Notes: generated by a model from the sequence alone, not told the origin. 64,000 bases of DNA from an uncultured Heliobacteriaceae bacterium (GCA_964468345.1 CAYXVZ010000023.1:4147-68146); one strand, 5' to 3'. Positions 31,582 through 42,651 are shown, counted from the first letter of the stretch. A program made the numbers and translations.

Positions 31582-32080
31582 TCAAATGATCGCGCAGCCG
31601 AACCGCCTCGGCGTCTTCCAGGCCGGGAATGGTCATGCTCGCCTCATGCGTGCCGGCCGTGTGCAGAATCAGCGACGCCAGGCCGAACCGGCGTTCGAAG
31701 GGACCGCGCTCGATGTCGACATGTTGCAGGCGCGACAGGGGGAGCAGGCGGGTTCGCTGAAAGAGCAGGCCGTTGCGAATTTCCAACACGCGGTCATCGA
31801 TGCGATAGCTCCACGAACGATACACGCGCGGCGGACGAATCCAAGCCAGCCAGAAACAAATCAACGCCAGCACCATCCACCCGGCAATCGCCACCCAAAA
31901 ATACGAGCCTTTGAAGGGAATGAAAAACAGGGCAATCAGTTGGACCAGCAGCAGAACCCCATATCCAATGGCATTTGTCACGCGCCACAACGGCACGACT
32001 CGCGCATCGAGCGGTCGAAACACCGGCCCGGATTCAATGACTGGAAGGGACTCAATGGAGATCTCGTTTTCCGTTTGCAT
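31553..32080 (-). CDS. YdbS-like membrane protein with bacterial PH domain
   Basis: Y..WSYRI, LPLSRLQHVDIERGPFERRFGLASL..HTAGT. Confidence 0.88.
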   Translation of the reverse strand: MQTENEISIESLPVIESGPVFRPLDARVVPLWRVTNAIGYGVLLLVQLIALFFIPFKGSYFWVAIAGWMVLALICFWLAWIRPPRVYRSWSYRIDDRVLEIRNGLLFQRTRLLPLSRLQHVDIERGPFERRFGLASLILHTAGTHEASMTIPGLEDAEAVRLRDHLIEIGGDDAV

Positions 32081-32149
32081 GAAGCGTTATCTTGATTTCA
32101 TCGATTGCGACCGAAATCAAAGCATAACAGAAAACACCAGGGATCTCAT

Positions 32150-33022
32150 TTATTCATTGCCGTAGTTGATCTCGAACCGGCGGATGCGCCGGCCGGCCAG
32201 CCAGAGCACCGCAATGGTGAACAGCAACAGGCTCGGCACTGAAATCCAGGGAGAGGTCGTCGTGGCGACCGTCGCCAACGGCCCCTCGCTCATCGGCACG
32301 GGCGAGAGTGTGTGCAGATAATGAATGATGCTGATTTTCTTGAGCATCGGCGGCAGCAGGAAATTGGCCCACTCCCATCCATAGACCAGCAAGGCCGGAA
32401 TGATCGGATTGCGGAAAAACAGTCCGATGAACATAAACACCGCGCCATACCCGAGGCAGGCCAGGACGGTGATACCCATATAAGCCAGAATCTGGCCGAA
32501 GCCCGGTCCATCGAAGATGTAATTCACGTTCGCCGGATACCCGCGCATGGAATACAGAATGAAAAGCGATCCGCCGGTCGTCAGGCTGAAAAGCACCACT
32601 GTTGCCACGAGGCCCGAAATATATTTTCCCGCAACGAGCACTTCGCGCCGGACCGCCGCGAGAAAATAATAGTGCAGGCTTTTATCGACGAGTTCGCCGC
32701 GAAAGAGATTCATGAAAATCCATGCGCAGCCGAAAAAGATGACCGTGCGAAGAATCAATGCGCCGTAAATGTAGCCGAAGACTTCCTGCGCCGCCGCCCA
32801 GTGGCGACGGATATCATTCTCGGCATCGCGATCGACCATCGTCAGCAGGACCATGATCAACACCGGCAAGGCCGCCAGCAGATAGAGCAGCAAGGCGCGG
32901 CGTCCCCAGAAATTCTTGCGGACTTCGATGCGCAGAATCGCGCGGATCTGCCGCAGCCAGAGCGACCAGTCCCGAGAGGCGGTCATCGGTTTTACGGATT
33001 CCATTTCGACAGCAGAGTTCAT
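32150..33022 (-). CDS. ABC transporter permease
   Basis: Six TM helices; [15 protein letters not shown]...AGKY. Confidence 0.85.
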   Translation of the reverse strand: MNSAVEMESVKPMTASRDWSLWLRQIRAILRIEVRKNFWGRRALLLYLLAALPVLIMVLLTMVDRDAENDIRRHWAAAQEVFGYIYGALILRTVIFFGCAWIFMNLFRGELVDKSLHYYFLAAVRREVLVAGKYISGLVATVVLFSLTTGGSLFILYSMRGYPANVNYIFDGPGFGQILAYMGITVLACLGYGAVFMFIGLFFRNPIIPALLVYGWEWANFLLPPMLKKISIIHYLHTLSPVPMSEGPLATVATTTSPWISVPSLLLFTIAVLWLAGRRIRRFEINYGNE

Positions 33023-33075
33023 GTTTTTCCTCTTCGCAAGATTGCGACGGCGGAATTTAATTGGCCTTCGAATTT

Positions 33076-33123
33076 GCGGAGCTTTGGAGTGCGGCGACTT
33101 GTCGCCGCACTCCAAAGCTCCGC
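33076..33123. repeat. Perfect 23-bp palindrome (REP-like) inside the ABC operon
   Basis: gcggagctttggagtgcggcgac-tt-gtcgccgcactccaaagctccgc. Confidence 0.9.
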
Positions 33124-33133
33124 GTGTTGAAAA

Positions 33134-34090
33134 TCACCCCTGCCCGCCGCCACCGATCAGATAATGATAGACGGCGTTCAGATCATCATCGACGGGCGAG
33201 ACCGATTCGATCGTGAAATCGGGATCGCTCGCGAGGTGATTCAGCAGGCGATAAAAGGAATCGGCATTGCGCGTCTTAATGAACAATCCGCCGTGATCCG
33301 GATGCAGCGTCGCTTCAACGACCGAGTCGCTGTTGAAGACGCGGCTGGCGAACAGGGCCGGCTTGTCGCAACGAATCATGATCTGCATCGGATGCTCTTC
33401 CATCTTTTCTTCGCGCACGACGCCGACGCCGCCTTCCGCCAGGATATAGCCGTTATTGATCAGCACGACCGTGTCGGACATCTCATCGAGCTCATGCAGG
33501 ATGTGACTCGAGACGATCAAATGCAGCCCGTCTTCGGCCAATTGGCGAAACAGGCGAATGGTTTCGGCGCGGGCCATCGGATCGAGACCGTTCAAGGGTT
33601 CGTCCAGAATCATCACGACCGGGTCATGCGCAATCGACTGGGCGAGGCGAATGCGCTGGCGCATGCCCTTGCTATAGCCCGCGACCTTTTGATGCGCGGC
33701 CCCGACCAGATCGACCCGTTCGATGGCCCGCCAGGTGCGTCGCTCCGCTTCTTTATTGTCATAGCCGTGCACCTGCAAAAACGATTTCACGAATTCATAG
33801 CCGGTCATGCCGCGCGGGAACGAATCGAACTGGCTGCAATAGCCCATCTTGCGAAAGAGTTCCTCGGGATTGGACGGCGAAAGGCCGAGAATGCTGATGC
33901 GTCCCCGCGTGGGCTGGATCAGGCCGGTCATCAGATTCATCAGCGTCGTCTTGCCCGATCCGTTCGGCCCGACCAGGCTCGTGATGCCGGGAGCGATCGT
34001 CAGATTGACGCGATTTACGCCGAGAATCTCGCCGTAAAATTTCGAGACGTCCTCGAATATGATCAATTGTTCATTGGTCGCCATCGTCAT
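33134..34090 (-). CDS. ABC transporter ATP-binding protein
   Basis: [29 protein letters not shown]. Confidence 0.93.
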   Translation of the reverse strand: MTMATNEQLIIFEDVSKFYGEILGVNRVNLTIAPGITSLVGPNGSGKTTLMNLMTGLIQPTRGRISILGLSPSNPEELFRKMGYCSQFDSFPRGMTGYEFVKSFLQVHGYDNKEAERRTWRAIERVDLVGAAHQKVAGYSKGMRQRIRLAQSIAHDPVVMILDEPLNGLDPMARAETIRLFRQLAEDGLHLIVSSHILHELDEMSDTVVLINNGYILAEGGVGVVREEKMEEHPMQIMIRCDKPALFASRVFNSDSVVEATLHPDHGGLFIKTRNADSFYRLLNHLASDPDFTIESVSPVDDDLNAVYHYLIGGGGQG

Positions 34091-34130
34091 TTGTCATCCT
34101 TCTCTCAAATTTCCAATCTCAAATTCGAGA

Positions 34131-34994
34131 TTATGAAATGACTTCATAGGCGCGCACCTTGCGCCAGAGCATGTAAAAACAGATCAGCCCGAAGACCGCG
34201 AACATCGCCCAGGCCTCGCCGACCGAGAACGGCATGGTGTCTTCATTCACGCCGAACAGGTCCCAGGCAATCGTGCTCCAGGCCGCGCCGGGATTGAGCA
34301 GATGCCCTTTGGTGGTATTGAAAAGCCCCTGAATGATGAATCCGATCGGCGTCGGAATGATGAAGACGGCAAAGAGCGCGGCGCTCGCGGCCGTGCGCCA
34401 TTTGATCCAGGCTGACAATGCCATCGAGAGCAGCGACAGGCCGAAGATCGCGGTCAGGCTCGAGATCATGATCGCCGTCCCGATCCAGATATTGTCCCGA
34501 AACCATCCGCCGCCTTCCAGAAAAGCCTGAAAGACGAACAGGAACATGCCCGGCACCCAGGTGATCAGCGAAAGCAGAATCACCAGCACCAGCATCTTTC
34601 CGAAAATATAATCGAAGCGCGAAAGCGGCCGGCTCAGGTACAGCGGCAACGCATTGTTCGAAAGATCCCGCGAAATCAGCACCGGCCCGATGATCACGGT
34701 GAACAGAAAGGCGAGCTGCACCTGTATGCCGAGAAAGATCGAGAAGAAGGTATTGTTGATCGAGAGCAACTCCGCGGCCGAAAGCTGCATGACCTGCAAA
34801 GCGCCCGTATTGTGGTGCAGATAGATGAGGCTCATGAAAATCAGCGGAGCGACATAGCACACCACGAAAAGCGCCGTGAAGGCCTTGTACTTGAACAGAT
34901 CCTGATAGGCATAGCGGGGCATCACCAGCAGCCGCGACCAGCCCGGCGTCAACGCGCCTTCATAGGGTTTGTAACTGTGTTCGTAAACTGCCAT
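34131..34994 (-). CDS. ABC transporter permease
   Basis: [27 protein letters not shown]; six TM helices. Confidence 0.87.
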   Translation of the reverse strand: MAVYEHSYKPYEGALTPGWSRLLVMPRYAYQDLFKYKAFTALFVVCYVAPLIFMSLIYLHHNTGALQVMQLSAAELLSINNTFFSIFLGIQVQLAFLFTVIIGPVLISRDLSNNALPLYLSRPLSRFDYIFGKMLVLVILLSLITWVPGMFLFVFQAFLEGGGWFRDNIWIGTAIMISSLTAIFGLSLLSMALSAWIKWRTAASAALFAVFIIPTPIGFIIQGLFNTTKGHLLNPGAAWSTIAWDLFGVNEDTMPFSVGEAWAMFAVFGLICFYMLWRKVRAYEVIS

Positions 34995-34997
34995 AGG

Positions 34998-35924
34998 TTA
35001 TTCCATTGCCTTGAGGAAAATGTCTTCCAGGGAATCCCGCTTGTAATTCAACCGGCGGATCTGCACATCGTTGGCCGCGGCCAGCTTGTACAGATCGCGA
35101 ACTTCGAGACCGTCCTGCATCACCAGCTTGATGCGGCCGCCCGCGCCGAGCGCATATTCGCAGCCCAGCGCGCCGATCGCTTCGACAAAGGCCGGTTTCG
35201 AATCGCGCGTTTCCATTTCGATGAACTTGCGATTGGCGCGGCGCTCCTCTTCGAGATTGCAGTTCGCGGCGATATTGCCGTTCTTGAGAATCAGAATTTC
35301 ATCGCAGCATTCTTCGACATCGCGCAGCAGATGCGAGGAAAGAACGATCTGCGACTGGCCCGAATCGCGAATTTCGCGGATGAGTTCGATCATGCGCTTG
35401 CGCGCCGGGGGATCGAGACCATTGGTCGGTTCATCGAGAAAGATCAACCGCGGCCCGTGAACGATCGCCTGCGCGAGTTTGGCGAGCTGTTTCATGCCCA
35501 GCGAATAGGTGCCGAGCTTGCGATAACGCGCTTCGCCGAGGCCCACATAAAACAGGGCTTCATGCGCGCGTTCGAGCGCGGCCTCCGACGGCAGGCCGGA
35601 AAGCTCCGCCATCAGCCGCACAAAATGCACGCAGGTCTGATTGGAAATGAAGGAATCGCGCTCGGGCATATAGCCGAGCTTTTCGCGAATGCGTTTGATC
35701 TCGGTGCGGACATCGAGGCCGAAAATTCGCGCCGTCCCCGCCGTCGGCGGATGAAAGCCGAGCAGCGTATGAATCAGCGTCGTCTTGCCCGCGCCGTTCG
35801 GCCCGAGCAGGCCGATGCAGCGGCCGCTGACCGCGCCGTTCAGATCGTTCAGAATTCGGCGCTTGCCGAATTCGATGCGCAGATTGTCGAGTTGAATGAC
35901 CGGAACATTGCCGTTGTTTTCCAT
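34998..35924 (-). CDS. ABC transporter ATP-binding protein
   Basis: [28 protein letters not shown]. Confidence 0.93.
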   Translation of the reverse strand: MENNGNVPVIQLDNLRIEFGKRRILNDLNGAVSGRCIGLLGPNGAGKTTLIHTLLGFHPPTAGTARIFGLDVRTEIKRIREKLGYMPERDSFISNQTCVHFVRLMAELSGLPSEAALERAHEALFYVGLGEARYRKLGTYSLGMKQLAKLAQAIVHGPRLIFLDEPTNGLDPPARKRMIELIREIRDSGQSQIVLSSHLLRDVEECCDEILILKNGNIAANCNLEEERRANRKFIEMETRDSKPAFVEAIGALGCEYALGAGGRIKLVMQDGLEVRDLYKLAAANDVQIRRLNYKRDSLEDIFLKAME

Positions 35925-35928
35925 AAAA

Positions 35929-36168
35929 TCACTTCGCCGTTTCTTTCCTGATCGCGGCCCGCGCTTCCCGGATCGCCGCGCGAACGATGCTGTCGTACTG
36001 CCGTGTGATGGAGCCGCCGACAATCAAGCCGATGCCGACCCCATACAGCCAGTATCCGGCGGGCAGGCGGCTCTCGATCGCAACGGGCAGCCATCCCGGA
36101 ATCGAGAGCGCAAGCAAGACGAGACAGACGATTCCAATCAGCATTAACAGACGGCCGAAAAACTTCAT
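35929..36168 (-). CDS. Small two-TM hypothetical protein
   Basis: 79 aa, tightly packed in the operon (4-10 nt gaps). Confidence 0.65.
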   Translation of the reverse strand: MKFFGRLLMLIGIVCLVLLALSIPGWLPVAIESRLPAGYWLYGVGIGLIVGGSITRQYDSIVRAAIREARAAIRKETAK

Positions 36169-36178
36169 GAGACCTCGT

Positions 36179-37123
36179 TTATTTCATGCCGACCGCAACG
36201 GGCGTGGGCGCGGCCTTGTCCGCTTTTGCCATGCGAATGTTGCCGTTGATGCCGTGAAGTTCGATTTTGGTGCCGCCCGTGCCGATGCGCGCATTGATCC
36301 GCCCGCGCCGCGGTTCTTTTTCATCGTGCGTGACATTGGGCAGATCGGCATCGACATTGCCGTTCACGCCCCAGGAGTTCACATCGGCGTTGACCTCGCC
36401 TTCAAATTGAAGATCGATGTTTCCATTCACGCCATTGATTTCGATCTTCTTCCCGACCAGCGGCGCATAGGTGACATAGACATTTCCGTTCACGCCGTTG
36501 ATATCGGTGCTGGCGCCCGCGCGCGCGATTTTGACCTCGCCGCTGACCCCGTTCAGATCGATGCTCCCGAGAATTTCGCCCGAGGTGAAGTTGCCGTTCA
36601 AACCGTTGACGTCAAGCTCGATTTTTTTCGGCAATCGCAGCAAAACGCGCTGGCGGCCTTCGGGAATCGTGCCGAGCGAGGAGAAGATGCTCTTGCGATC
36701 GTTCTCGACGCGAATCGTCAATTCCTTGGGACTGCGCTCGATCATAACTTTTCGAAACTGAAGGTCCTCGCGTTTATTGGCCGACCGGATAATCAGGACT
36801 TCCGCGGTTGCGACGTCCGCGGTTTCGATTTTTATGCCGCCGTTGATGCCGCGCAGGTTGATTTCCGTTTCCGGCGTCACCGCATAACTGCGCCGGATTT
36901 CTTCTTTCTCCGCATAATCGATCTTCTCCGGGTCCGAGGTATCGAATTTGACTTCGTTCTTCGGATCGGGCGTCGCGTCGCTCGGCGCAACGTTATCGCT
37001 GGTCAGCGAAGCGGTCGTGCCGGATGCTTCTGTTCCGCTGTTGCTCTGCGATACACGGGGCCGGCAGCCCGCGATCAATATCAATGCGCTGATTGCCATC
37101 ACGAGTGGGATTGTGCGTTTCAT
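36179..37123 (-). CDS. DUF4097 beta-strand-repeat lipoprotein
   Basis: Lipobox LIAGC; repeated INGVNGNI/V units; GGAGAG SD. Confidence 0.85.
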   Translation of the reverse strand: MKRTIPLVMAISALILIAGCRPRVSQSNSGTEASGTTASLTSDNVAPSDATPDPKNEVKFDTSDPEKIDYAEKEEIRRSYAVTPETEINLRGINGGIKIETADVATAEVLIIRSANKREDLQFRKVMIERSPKELTIRVENDRKSIFSSLGTIPEGRQRVLLRLPKKIELDVNGLNGNFTSGEILGSIDLNGVSGEVKIARAGASTDINGVNGNVYVTYAPLVGKKIEINGVNGNIDLQFEGEVNADVNSWGVNGNVDADLPNVTHDEKEPRRGRINARIGTGGTKIELHGINGNIRMAKADKAAPTPVAVGMK

Positions 37124-37160
37124 CCTGCTTCTCTCCTTGGCTAGTGTTCCTGCGTTGTCG

Positions 37161-37188
37161 GTTACGCCTCGTTTGTAACCCAGGTTCC
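37161..37188 (-). promoter_or_regulatory. Putative ECF sigma promoter GGAAC-N17-CGTAAC
   Basis: On the minus strand 38 nt upstream of the DUF4097 ATG; matches the general ECF consensus. Confidence 0.55.
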
Positions 37189-37253
37189 AAACGATTCGAT
37201 TTTCACCCAATAAAAATGCACCTTTTCGCAAAGAAAGGGAATGGCAGGGCAAC

Positions 37254-37302
37254 AAAAAAGACACGCCGGGCTATCGCAGAAATCTGCGGCAGCCCGGCGT
37301 GT
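37254..37302 (-). terminator. Rho-independent terminator after the ECF/anti-sigma pair
   Basis: 12-bp stem acacgccgggct/agcccggcgtgt followed by a T tract on the minus strand. Confidence 0.7.
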
Positions 37303-37316
37303 GATTTGAGTTTGTT

Positions 37317-37358
37317 TTTATAAGACCTATAGGTCTTATAGGTCTTATAAGTCTTATT
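37317..37358. repeat. 9-bp-period tandem repeat (cttatagg/cctatagg family)
   Basis: ataagacct ataggtctt ataggtctt ataagtctt. Confidence 0.8.
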
Positions 37359-37361
37359 CTT

Positions 37362-40037
37362 TTACTTTGCCTGCAAAATCGCCCCCAGCCCAGAGCCCGG
37401 CAATCCCAGGAAGTCCGAGGCCGAGATGCCCAGCGGGCCATCTTCCGTGTTGACCGAGAAGACCATCCGATCATTCAGCGCATAGACATAGGCCAGGCCG
37501 GCTTTCTTTCCGAGGAACTGCTTCAACACCTGATTCGGTCCCTTGGGCATGCTTCCCGCCATCTTCTGCATCGGTCCGGTCAACGAAGCGAGGTTTTGAT
37601 AAACCATCGCGGAGAAGTTGGCCTGTCGATCTTCGGGCAGGGTCGCTTTGAATTTGGCCGCCTGCAGCAGCGTGTAACCGGATTCTTTGTACTTGATCGC
37701 ATTCTCGACCAGCGAGCGGCTGGGCGCGGCGATGAAATACCCGTATGCGTAGGCATAGTTGACTTCGACCAGCGCCACATCGAGCGATTTGATCGTGTAA
37801 TAGGTCCGGCCGCCGGATTCGGCGCGCGTGGCGACGAATCCCTTCTTGCCGTGCTTGGCCGCCTCGACGTTGATTTTTTCGATCGTGCGGTCGAGCGTCT
37901 GCTGCAGATGTTGTTGATCGTCGACCTGCACGACGGCCTTCCACGAAGGCATCGGCAGCACCGGCCCGTCGAGCGCGAAGGCATACTCGCCGCCGAGCGG
38001 CGCGGCGAAATCATTGCGCAGGTCGATGCCCTGCTCCTGCTGGAACTTCATCAGGTCGTCCCAGGCTTTCGGGTCGGCCGTCTTGAGCGTCGCGAACAGA
38101 TCGTCGACCAGCGCCGTCGGTTCTTTCACGACGAAGGCCGCAACCACGTTGGCATCGGGCGAGATGAATTCCAGCGCGCCCATCGGGTTCGGCGTCGCCA
38201 GCCACGAGGTGAAGCCGTGCTGATCTTCCTTGAAGCTCACGACCGCGCGGTTATAAGGCTTGCCGTCTTTTTCCTTGATCTCCACGATGAAGTGGCGCAA
38301 ATTCGCCAGGCCCAGTTGGCTCATCACAGCAACGTCGTTGTCTTTCCCAGACTCGGGCTTCGATTCGGACTTGAGCGACGTCGTGACGATCTTTTCCAGA
38401 TCCGCCGCGATCAGGAAGCCCGCGCCTTCGCGATAGACTTCGGCGAGGCGCGCGTGGAAAGGATTGGCGCCAAAGCCTCCATTGCCCTTCTGGGCCAGCG
38501 CCTGCAGCGTGGACAGTTCCGTCGAGGCCGCCAGCAGGTCGCCCTGCAGCCAGACCAGCAACGATTCGGCCTTCTTGCCATCTTTCGCCGCGGAGTTGGC
38601 GGCGATGTTCGCCGTCATCGGATCGTCGATGATCGTGATCGGCAATTGACGATTGGCTTTCGCGGTCAGGCCTTCGAGCTGCTGATCGAGCTGCGCGCGG
38701 AAGCCCGCAGCGTCATTGACTTCGGCCAGCGCGAGAATCGCATCCGGCCCGCCGCCGATCACGATCTCGTTGCCGAGATACTTGCCGAATCCGCTGACCT
38801 GCTTGATCACGCCGGAAATGCCTTGTTGTCCTTTGGCCTGCGCCTGTTCCTTCTGCCACCATTCGCGCAGTTCGCCGTTCTGCTGGATGTTTTCCTGCAG
38901 AATCTGATCGGCGCGCGCCAGCGTCTCGCTGATATTCGGGATCGCGACATAAAAGGCCGTGTCCGCCGGCATCAGGTCGAGCAGCCGCGTCGAATAGCGA
39001 TTGCCGGGCATTGCGACTTCGGAATCGATCTTCGCGCGAATCTCATCGAGCATCTGGTTGTATTTCGTCGCATTCTGGCTCCAGGCAATTTCGTCCTTCA
39101 CCGGAATGCGCTCAATGCTCTCGTGCGTCGCGACCTGCTCGCCCGGATGCAATGCGAGATCCTTGCCCGCCGTGTCGACGTGGACTTCGCCCTCGATCAC
39201 GGTGACGCGCGAGCCCTTGGTTCCGCCGTTGACCGAGAAGATCGTGCCGACGACCGAAACCAGCGAATCGTCGGTTTGAACGAACAGCTTGCGGTCGCGC
39301 TGCTTGGCGGCTTCGACGATGACCTGCCCGCGTTCGAGATTGATCGTCACGCCCGCGGGATTGTCGGTCACCGAAACTTCGGCCCGTTCCCGCATCTCGA
39401 CGCGGGTGCCGTCGGGCAACTTGACCACGGCGCTTGCGCCTTTCGCGGTGCGGATGTGCTCGCCCTTCTGCAGCCGATCGCCCAGGCGCACAGTCTGCGT
39501 CTTATCGTTCGTGACCTTATAAACATTGCCGTTCGCGGCCTCGACGACAGCATTGAGCGTCGAGAAGGAATTCATCAATCGCTGCGCCCAGGGCCAGGCG
39601 AACATGCCGAGTCCCGCGATCAGCATCGCGGCCACGCCCCAGCGCAACACCGTCATCCGATGATCCATCGCGGCCGCGCGGGCTTTCTGGGCCTGCAACT
39701 GGCGCGGCGCCTGATTGCCGTAGCGCGCTTCTTTGAGCGCCTTGCGGCAGGGCACGCATTCGCGCGTGTGATCTTCGAGCAGCATCGTGCGGGCGCTCGA
39801 AAGCGCGCCGGCCAGATACGCCGGAATCAGCGCCTGAAAGTCTTCACAGCCGCGAAGCTGGCCGACCATCAGTTCGCTCGTTTCCACGCCGGCCGCCGCC
39901 GCGGCCTGCTCGCCCGACAAACGCCCCCAGACACGCTGTGCGGCGCCCTGCACCACCGCCGGATCCAGTTTTTCATCGCGGATCGCTGCGCCGGTGTCTT
40001 CCAACATGTTGTTCAATTCTCGATTCGTGTATTTCAT
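37362..40037 (-). CDS. Anti-sigma factor: zf-HC2 + TM + FecR + DUF3352-like domain
   Basis: [12 protein letters not shown]...[10 protein letters not shown] (HxxxCxxC); one TM; FecR motif [18 protein letters not shown]. Confidence 0.85.
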   Translation of the reverse strand: MKYTNRELNNMLEDTGAAIRDEKLDPAVVQGAAQRVWGRLSGEQAAAAAGVETSELMVGQLRGCEDFQALIPAYLAGALSSARTMLLEDHTRECVPCRKALKEARYGNQAPRQLQAQKARAAAMDHRMTVLRWGVAAMLIAGLGMFAWPWAQRLMNSFSTLNAVVEAANGNVYKVTNDKTQTVRLGDRLQKGEHIRTAKGASAVVKLPDGTRVEMRERAEVSVTDNPAGVTINLERGQVIVEAAKQRDRKLFVQTDDSLVSVVGTIFSVNGGTKGSRVTVIEGEVHVDTAGKDLALHPGEQVATHESIERIPVKDEIAWSQNATKYNQMLDEIRAKIDSEVAMPGNRYSTRLLDLMPADTAFYVAIPNISETLARADQILQENIQQNGELREWWQKEQAQAKGQQGISGVIKQVSGFGKYLGNEIVIGGGPDAILALAEVNDAAGFRAQLDQQLEGLTAKANRQLPITIIDDPMTANIAANSAAKDGKKAESLLVWLQGDLLAASTELSTLQALAQKGNGGFGANPFHARLAEVYREGAGFLIAADLEKIVTTSLKSESKPESGKDNDVAVMSQLGLANLRHFIVEIKEKDGKPYNRAVVSFKEDQHGFTSWLATPNPMGALEFISPDANVVAAFVVKEPTALVDDLFATLKTADPKAWDDLMKFQQEQGIDLRNDFAAPLGGEYAFALDGPVLPMPSWKAVVQVDDQQHLQQTLDRTIEKINVEAAKHGKKGFVATRAESGGRTYYTIKSLDVALVEVNYAYAYGYFIAAPSRSLVENAIKYKESGYTLLQAAKFKATLPEDRQANFSAMVYQNLASLTGPMQKMAGSMPKGPNQVLKQFLGKKAGLAYVYALNDRMVFSVNTEDGPLGISASDFLGLPGSGLGAILQAK

Positions 40038-40038
40038 A

Positions 40039-40611
40039 TCAGTAATTGCCTCCCTCCAGAAAATCTCCCATCTCTTTTTTGACCCGTGTTCGCGCCCGGT
40101 GCAGCAGGACGCCGACGACCATCGCCGAGGTGCCCATCAATTCCGCGATCTCTTTATTTTCAAAACCCTCGAAATATTTCAGCACGAACATCTCGCCGCT
40201 TTTTTCCCCCAGCGTTGCAATCGCCCGGCGAAGCGAGGATCGCAGTTCGCTGTCCCGGCTCTGCAGTTCAGGATTTAGCCGGGGATTGGCGGCCAACGCC
40301 GGGGCAACGTCATCGATCGAAACCGAATCGGTTCGCGCCCGCTGGCGCATCAGGTCCAGCGAGGCGTTGATCGCCGCCCGGTGCAGATAACTGCCCGGAT
40401 TCGGTTCGAGATTCAGATTTTCCGCGCGTCGTGATAACCGTAAAAAGACCGTTTGTAAGACATCTTCCGCATCCACCACACTTCCCGTAATCCGATAGGC
40501 CGCGCGAAAAACGCGGTCATGATGTTCCCGGAACAACTGTTCCAGGTCCGTCGGGGGCGGATCAGGCTGTTTTCCTTCAATTACTTTGAATTGCGTTGCA
40601 TTTAGCGCCAC
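40039..40611 (-). CDS. ECF RNA polymerase sigma factor
   Basis: [25 protein letters not shown]...V...LHRAR; GTG 40611 after AAGGAGGT. Confidence 0.92.
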   Translation of the reverse strand: MALNATQFKVIEGKQPDPPPTDLEQLFREHHDRVFRAAYRITGSVVDAEDVLQTVFLRLSRRAENLNLEPNPGSYLHRAAINASLDLMRQRARTDSVSIDDVAPALAANPRLNPELQSRDSELRSSLRRAIATLGEKSGEMFVLKYFEGFENKEIAELMGTSAMVVGVLLHRARTRVKKEMGDFLEGGNY

Positions 40612-40693
40612 TTCAGGGACCTCCTTGTTGGGTCGTTTTCTCGCTCTGCATGAGGTAAAACGGCAACTGTGGCATGGCATTAACATGCAAAAT

Positions 40694-40732
40694 AAAAAAG
40701 CCGCAAGGCCTGTTGGCGTTGCGGCTTTTTTT
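40694..40732. terminator. Bidirectional Rho-independent terminator (dinB end)
   Basis: aaaaaagccgcaa...ttgcggctttttt. Confidence 0.8.
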
Positions 40733-40740
40733 GTTGGTTT

Positions 40741-40783
40741 TATTGGACTTATAAGTCCTATAGGACCTATAGGACTTATAAAT
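40741..40783. repeat. 9-bp-period tandem repeat (cttatagg family)
   Basis: Near reverse complement of 37317-37358. Confidence 0.8.
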
Positions 40784-40785
40784 CT

Positions 40786-41298
40786 CTATGCTGGTGAATT
40801 CTCATAGTCATACAGCATCGGCGGCTCTTTCCCGATCAATCGCAGATAGGTATACAACTGACCGCGATGATGCCAGTGTTCGTCATAGGCGAACGAAAAA
40901 AACTGCCAGCCCGCAAAGCTGCCAAAGGGCGATTCAACTTGCGCGGCCAGTTGGGCGTCGCTCAGCGCCGCCAGGCCATCTTCCACAATCTGAAAGCTTT
41001 CTCGGGCATAAGCCTGACAATCCGCGACGGTTTTCAACCGCTGCATCGCCGCTTTTCCCTGCTCGGTCTCAGGAATGGCCGGATTCTCGAGCTCCTGGGT
41101 CAACACCCCCTTTGCCACCCCGACCGGGAAGGTCCGCAGCATCCCGTAAATATGCAAGATCAACTCGCGGGCCGATCGCATGTCCGCTTTCGGGCGATAG
41201 TCGAGTTCGGCATCTGAAAAGCTGCCGATCAACCGAACCGTCACGCCATGCACCATCTTGAAATAAGCGTACTGCCCCAACAGAGCTTCTTTATTCAT
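40786..41298 (-). CDS. DinB family protein
   Basis: ELILHI, HWHHRGQLYTYLRL.G.EPP.LY. Confidence 0.9.
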   Translation of the reverse strand: MNKEALLGQYAYFKMVHGVTVRLIGSFSDAELDYRPKADMRSARELILHIYGMLRTFPVGVAKGVLTQELENPAIPETEQGKAAMQRLKTVADCQAYARESFQIVEDGLAALSDAQLAAQVESPFGSFAGWQFFSFAYDEHWHHRGQLYTYLRLIGKEPPMLYDYENSPA

Positions 41299-41324
41299 GG
41301 GTTCTCCTTGAAAAGAAAAAAACT

Positions 41325-41399
41325 CAACACGGCAGAGCGAAGGCGTCCGGCACAATTTCGTCGGAGGCAAAACTGCATTGCCGGGGCTCTGCCGTGTTG
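41325..41399. repeat. 14-bp inverted repeat in the dinB leader
   Basis: caacacggcagagc/gctctgccgtgttg. Confidence 0.7.
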
Positions 41400-41442
41400 C
41401 AAAGTAGGCATTCAGAACACTTTGGAGTCTATATCAGGCGAG

Positions 41443-41458
41443 TGACAACAGTATGTCA
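41443..41458. promoter_or_regulatory. Putative WYL-regulator operator TGACA-N6-TGTCA
   Basis: Perfect 5-bp dyad upstream of dinB, overlapping the -35 position of a TAGACT -10 box (41431-41426, minus). Confidence 0.55.
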
Positions 41459-41466
41459 GCAGGAAA

Positions 41467-42420
41467 TCAGTCCGGAAAATATTTTTTGAAGATTTTCTGC
41501 GCCTCGTCCGCCAGTCGAGTTCGCAGGGAAATGGGTTCCAGAATCTCGACTTCGGCCCCCCAGCTGAGCAGCCAGTTGAAAACCTCATCTTCCACGTGGG
41601 CTTGCATGGTGACGAGCAGGCCTTCGGGACGGTCGTCCATTTCAGTGACGTAATAAGAGCGGGATTCGCGGACCCATGGCGCAACCCGATGGCTGAACAG
41701 GACGCGGACCGTCAGATCGCGGCGGTCTTCATGCTCGATCCGTTCCATACGGAATTCGGCGGGGCGCTGAAAAGCACGGTCGAGCAGCGCAACATCACCC
41801 ATGCGGGCGACCTTGAAATTGCGAATGCCCTGCCGCAGGTGGCAGTGCGCGATCAGATACCATGAATCGCCCCAGTGGGCGATGCCATAAGGATCGACTT
41901 CGCGAAGGTTTTGCGCGGGTTGTCCTTCTTTGGCGTAGCGGGTGTGGTAATCGAATTGTACCGTCCGCCGCTCGATGATCGCCCGGCGAAGCTGGGCGAG
42001 CGTTTTTGCCGTGGAATCTTTGGCCAGCGTATCGGGCGCAACGAGCACGATGCTTTCGCGAAGGTAGGCGACTTCGCCGCGAATCTTTTCGGCCAGCACG
42101 GCCTCGATCTTATTGGCGCCGGACCGCGCGGCCTCGGAATATTGCGCGTCGAAATGATCGGCGACGAACTGGCTGCCGAGCAGCAGCATCGTGGCTTCGT
42201 CAGAGCTGAAACTGACCGGCGGCAGAAAATAGCCTTCGATCAGCGAATAGCCCACGCCGGCCTCGCCGATCACGGGCACGCCGGATTCGCACAACGCCTG
42301 AATATCGCGATAAATGGTGCGCTTGCTGGTCTCGAACGTCGCGGCCAGATCCTCGGCCCGCTGCCGCCCCTTGCGCTGCAACTCAAGCACGATGGCCAGC
42401 AATCGATCGGTTCGATTCAT
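41467..42420 (-). CDS. HTH-WYL-WCX transcriptional regulator (YafY family)
   Basis: MNRTDRLLAIV, SKRTIYRDI..L, R.VDPY, WYLIAHC.LR..IRNFK..R. Confidence 0.93.
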   Translation of the reverse strand: MNRTDRLLAIVLELQRKGRQRAEDLAATFETSKRTIYRDIQALCESGVPVIGEAGVGYSLIEGYFLPPVSFSSDEATMLLLGSQFVADHFDAQYSEAARSGANKIEAVLAEKIRGEVAYLRESIVLVAPDTLAKDSTAKTLAQLRRAIIERRTVQFDYHTRYAKEGQPAQNLREVDPYGIAHWGDSWYLIAHCHLRQGIRNFKVARMGDVALLDRAFQRPAEFRMERIEHEDRRDLTVRVLFSHRVAPWVRESRSYYVTEMDDRPEGLLVTMQAHVEDEVFNWLLSWGAEVEILEPISLRTRLADEAQKIFKKYFPD

Positions 42421-42438
42421 ATCCTGCTATTAAGATTA

Positions 42439-42646
42439 GCCACAGAGACACGGAGTCACAGAGAGATAAAGAAGCACTTGGGCAATGACTTTTACGGCAT
42501 TTGTCATTTGTCATTTGTCATTGGCCGAAAGTTGATGGGGCAATGACAAATGACAAATGACAAATGACAAATGACAAATGATTACCCCTCAGAATTTATC
42601 CCTTTGTCCCCACCTTATTTCCTCTGTGTCTCCGTGTCTCTGTGGC
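42439..42646. repeat. Nested palindromic elements: ccacagagacac arms enclosing tgacaaa heptamer arms
   Basis: Outer 42439-42463/42622-42646 (24/25); inner 42498-42523/42541-42566 perfect, heptamer array continues to 42580. Confidence 0.9.
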
Positions 42647-42651
42647 GATCC

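Noticed and set aside
37596-40082. 828-aa plus-strand ORF, and similar long shadow ORFs (794-1735, 5002-6441, 17726-19153, 24237-24992)
   Set aside because: Antisense shadows of real genes, typical of high-GC DNA, with no recognisable motifs.
42498-42580. Short tandem repeats considered as a CRISPR array
   Set aside because: Units are 7-11 nt, with no unique spacers of constant length and no cas genes.
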